DNA from: Coprobacillaceae bacterium
GTDB lineage: Bacteria > Bacillota_I > Bacilli_A > Erysipelotrichales > Coprobacillaceae
DNA: 32,000 nucleotides
Assembly: GCA_963675515.1 (NCBI GenBank)
Contig: OY776328.1
Span: forward strand, 1,530,001-1,562,000
Direction: 5' to 3'
Both the position numbers and the translations under genes were made by a program. Positions 29,906-32,000 of the stretch are shown one piece after another. Position 1 is the stretch's first letter; each line of letters starts with the position of its first letter. The notes under the pieces were generated by a model, which did not search any database, was not told the origin of the DNA, and saw nothing but the letters and a program-made list of their open reading frames with translations.

Positions 29906-31213
29906 ATGAACAAAATTTCGAATTTTTTAGAGAAATACTTATTGCCGATATCATTCAAAATTTCCAACTTCACACCGATGAAGTCGCTCAGCAACGGGAT
30001 GATGTCGGTATTGCCGATCATGATGGTCGGGGCGGTGTTCGCCATCCTGACCAACTTGCCAATTGATGCGTACAAGGAATTCATCGCCAATGTCGGGATC
30101 AGCAAGTTCTTCATCCTGGGAACCCGGATGACAACCGACATCATCGCTATTTACATGACATTCGCAATCGGGCGCAGCTTTGCCAAGGGAAAAGGCTATG
30201 GCCACGATGCCGGTTCAATCGGGATTATTGCTTTGCTGGCATTCTTCATCATGATGCCATTTGGAACAAGTGAAGCAGGGGTTAACTTCTTTGAGTTCAC
30301 TTATCTTGGTTCGATGGGAATCTTCGTTGGGATCATCTGCGGGATTGTAACTCCAATCATCTATGATGCGGTTGTAAAAGCCAACATCACAATCAAACTG
30401 CCTGAAGGTGTGCCAAGCAACGTGGCAACATCATTCATCAACATCATACCGGCACTGGCAGTTGCGGTATTCTTCCTGTTCCTGAATTTCATCTTCACAT
30501 TGACACCTAGTGGCAATATCTTTGCTTTCATCTATGCGGCTTTGCAGGCACCTTTGCAAGGGCTTGTAGGCAACATGGCTTCAATGGTGATCATCATAAT
30601 CCTGTGCCAGATCTTATGGTTCTTCGGGATCCACGGTTCAATGACCGTGTTGACTGTCATTTTCCCCTTATGGATCTCGATGTACGCTGAAAACATGACT
30701 GCATTCATGGCTAACGGTACTGTGCCAAACCCAATCAACGTAACCTTCTTCGATTTCACAACTATCGGAGGTACCGGCTGTACCCTGGGATTGGCAATCA
30801 TGATGGCCTTCTTCTCCAAATCGAAACAGCACAAGACATTTGGTAAGCTTTTCTTGCCATGTGGATTGTTCAATATCAATGAACCGATGGTTTTCTCAAT
30901 GCCGTTGATGCTCAATACCATGTTTGTCATCCCATTCATCCTTGTACCTTTGTTGGCGGTGGTTATGGCTTATCTGGCTATTGTCGTGTTCGGCCTGGTC
31001 CCTGCTCCAGTAGGAATGATGAACCTGGCCTATATTCCAGCAATCTTCAGGGGGATCATCAACTGTGGTGTACCGGGAGCTATCCTGGAAGTTGCCATTG
31101 TCGCAATGTCGATGGTAGTCTACTACCCATTCTTCAAGATTGCTGACAACCAGGCATTGGCTCTGGAAAAACAAAGCGATGTTGAAGCTCCTTTGGAACA
31201 AGAATTAGCGTAA
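29906..31213 (+). CDS. PTS cellobiose/lactose-family EIIC permease (copy 2)
   Basis: Same architecture as copy 1 (LLPISFKISNFTPMKSLSNGMMSVLPIMMVGAV..., NINEPMVFSMP). SD AAGGAGAGAG. Confidence 0.85.
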   Translation: MNKISNFLEKYLLPISFKISNFTPMKSLSNGMMSVLPIMMVGAVFAILTNLPIDAYKEFIANVGISKFFILGTRMTTDIIAIYMTFAIGRSFAKGKGYGHDAGSIGIIALLAFFIMMPFGTSEAGVNFFEFTYLGSMGIFVGIICGIVTPIIYDAVVKANITIKLPEGVPSNVATSFINIIPALAVAVFFLFLNFIFTLTPSGNIFAFIYAALQAPLQGLVGNMASMVIIIILCQILWFFGIHGSMTVLTVIFPLWISMYAENMTAFMANGTVPNPINVTFFDFTTIGGTGCTLGLAIMMAFFSKSKQHKTFGKLFLPCGLFNINEPMVFSMPLMLNTMFVIPFILVPLLAVVMAYLAIVVFGLVPAPVGMMNLAYIPAIFRGIINCGVPGAILEVAIVAMSMVVYYPFFKIADNQALALEKQSDVEAPLEQELA

Positions 31214-31234
31214 TAAAAGATATAACTATATAAG

Positions 31235-31275
31235 AACCTATCAGCATAAGCCAAATATTTAGCTGATAGGTTTTT
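31235..31275 (+). terminator. Rho-independent terminator after EIIC copy 2
   Basis: AACCTATCAGC, a 16-nt loop, GCTGATAGGTT, then TTT. Confidence 0.7.
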
Positions 31276-31586
31276 GCTTTCTAAACGATAGCAAAAAGCA
31301 AATTCCTCTTCACTTTTCACACTAATTATTCTTGATTGATTCCAACACTAGTCGTATAGATTATGTGGACATAAGCAAAATAAACACAATAATGTAACCA
31401 AATAATGAAACATGCTTGTGCTTTCGTGGAAAATAATTGTATAATGTAACTATATTCCTTAAGACGAATGCTAAAGATAGGTAATGACATTGAAATTGCA
31501 ACAATCCGCAAGTTTTACATGTGCGATTATGAATCAATTCTATGTAATTATCGTAATTGCATTCACACAATATGGGGGGATTTATC

Positions 31587-32000
31587 ATGGGAATTATTAA
31601 GGGAAGGTTTTCAAATCGATATATAATCGCGATCACATTGGTATTTATCGCGTTGTTATCGATTTTTGTCGTATCAAAAATAGTGACAAACCCAGTTTTT
31701 TTTGCAGCAACAGCCGAATCGTTGGATGACAAGAAAGTGATGGTTTTGAGCCTGGCGGCAACAGCAGCCGCATCTTCAACTGCATTGACTTTCATCCCCG
31801 GGGATGTCGCGACACCTATCGCTAATGAGCTTGCTCAATTGAGTTTCTATTTCGTCATCATCCTGAGCGCTATTACTATGGAGAAGATATTAGTCACAGC
31901 AATTGGTTTAGTGGCATTCAAATATATCATCCCATTCGCCTGTGCTTTGGGTTTTTCGTATCTATTCATAAAGTGGGATGTATTAAGGGTACTGGCGATA
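31587..32000 (+). CDS. Membrane protein, N-terminal part (runs off the right edge; absent from the ORF track)
   Basis: ATG 31587 is preceded by GGGGGGA. All 138 codons to the window end are stop-free and encode hydrophobic helices (RYIIAITLVFIALLSIFVV, VMVLSLAATAAASSTALTF, LSFYFVIILSAITM...). A putative promoter (TTGTGC, 18 nt, TATAAT) lies at 31416-31445. The antisense track ORF 31361..31795 is probably spurious. Confidence 0.6.
   Translation, partial: MGIIKGRFSNRYIIAITLVFIALLSIFVVSKIVTNPVFFAATAESLDDKKVMVLSLAATAAASSTALTFIPGDVATPIANELAQLSFYFVIILSAITMEKILVTAIGLVAFKYIIPFACALGFSYLFIKWDVLRVLAI

Noticed and set aside
31361-31795. 144-aa minus-strand ORF at the right end
   Set aside because: Its 5' part is antisense to a plus-strand stop-free ORF (31587 to the window end) that has a strong SD and clear TM helices. 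The rest lies in promoter/leader DNA.

Overview
This window looks like a low-GC Firmicutes/Bacillota chromosome segment; that assignment rests on gene content, SD sequences matching AGGAGG/GGTGAT, and frequent TTG/GTG starts, and no finer taxonomic call is possible from sequence alone. Carbohydrate-PTS loci dominate, interrupted by accessory material. Order from left to right:
(1) A beta-glucoside-type PTS operon: LicT/BglG antiterminator 3' end, EIIBC, EIIA, a large Fe-S flavoprotein of the 2-enoate/2,4-dienoyl-CoA reductase family, then a second EIIA.
(2) A minus-strand YhaO/YhaN-like (SbcD/SbcC-like) nuclease-ATPase pair.
(3) A visibly AT-rich plus-strand cluster: a 53-aa Cys-rich ORF missing from the track, a PPP-family metallophosphatase and two unknown proteins.
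(4) A pilin/adhesin-like surface protein.
(5) About 1 kb of decayed ORF fragments.
(6) A DUF5050-type beta-propeller lipoprotein.
(7) An intact ISL3-family IS with imperfect terminal IRs and an 8-bp target duplication, inserted in the T-tract of a terminator.
(8) A YhgE/Pip membrane protein divergent from a TetR regulator.
(9) Two paralogous cassettes: AraC-EIIC-GH1 and RpiR/GH1-EIIC.
(10) The start of a membrane protein at the right edge.
The most interesting stretch is a ~2.3-kb islet between the two cassettes. It holds a self-contained promoter / 2x34-nt tandem repeat / terminator unit whose layout resembles a type III antitoxin RNA. Next come an AbiEi-like (DUF6088-type) wHTH gene, a 32-codon remnant that looks like a beheaded AbiEii toxin, and an intact class-II Fic gene in the position a toxin would occupy. 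No rRNA, tRNA or CRISPR array was seen. All family assignments come from motif recognition by eye; no database search or computation was run.
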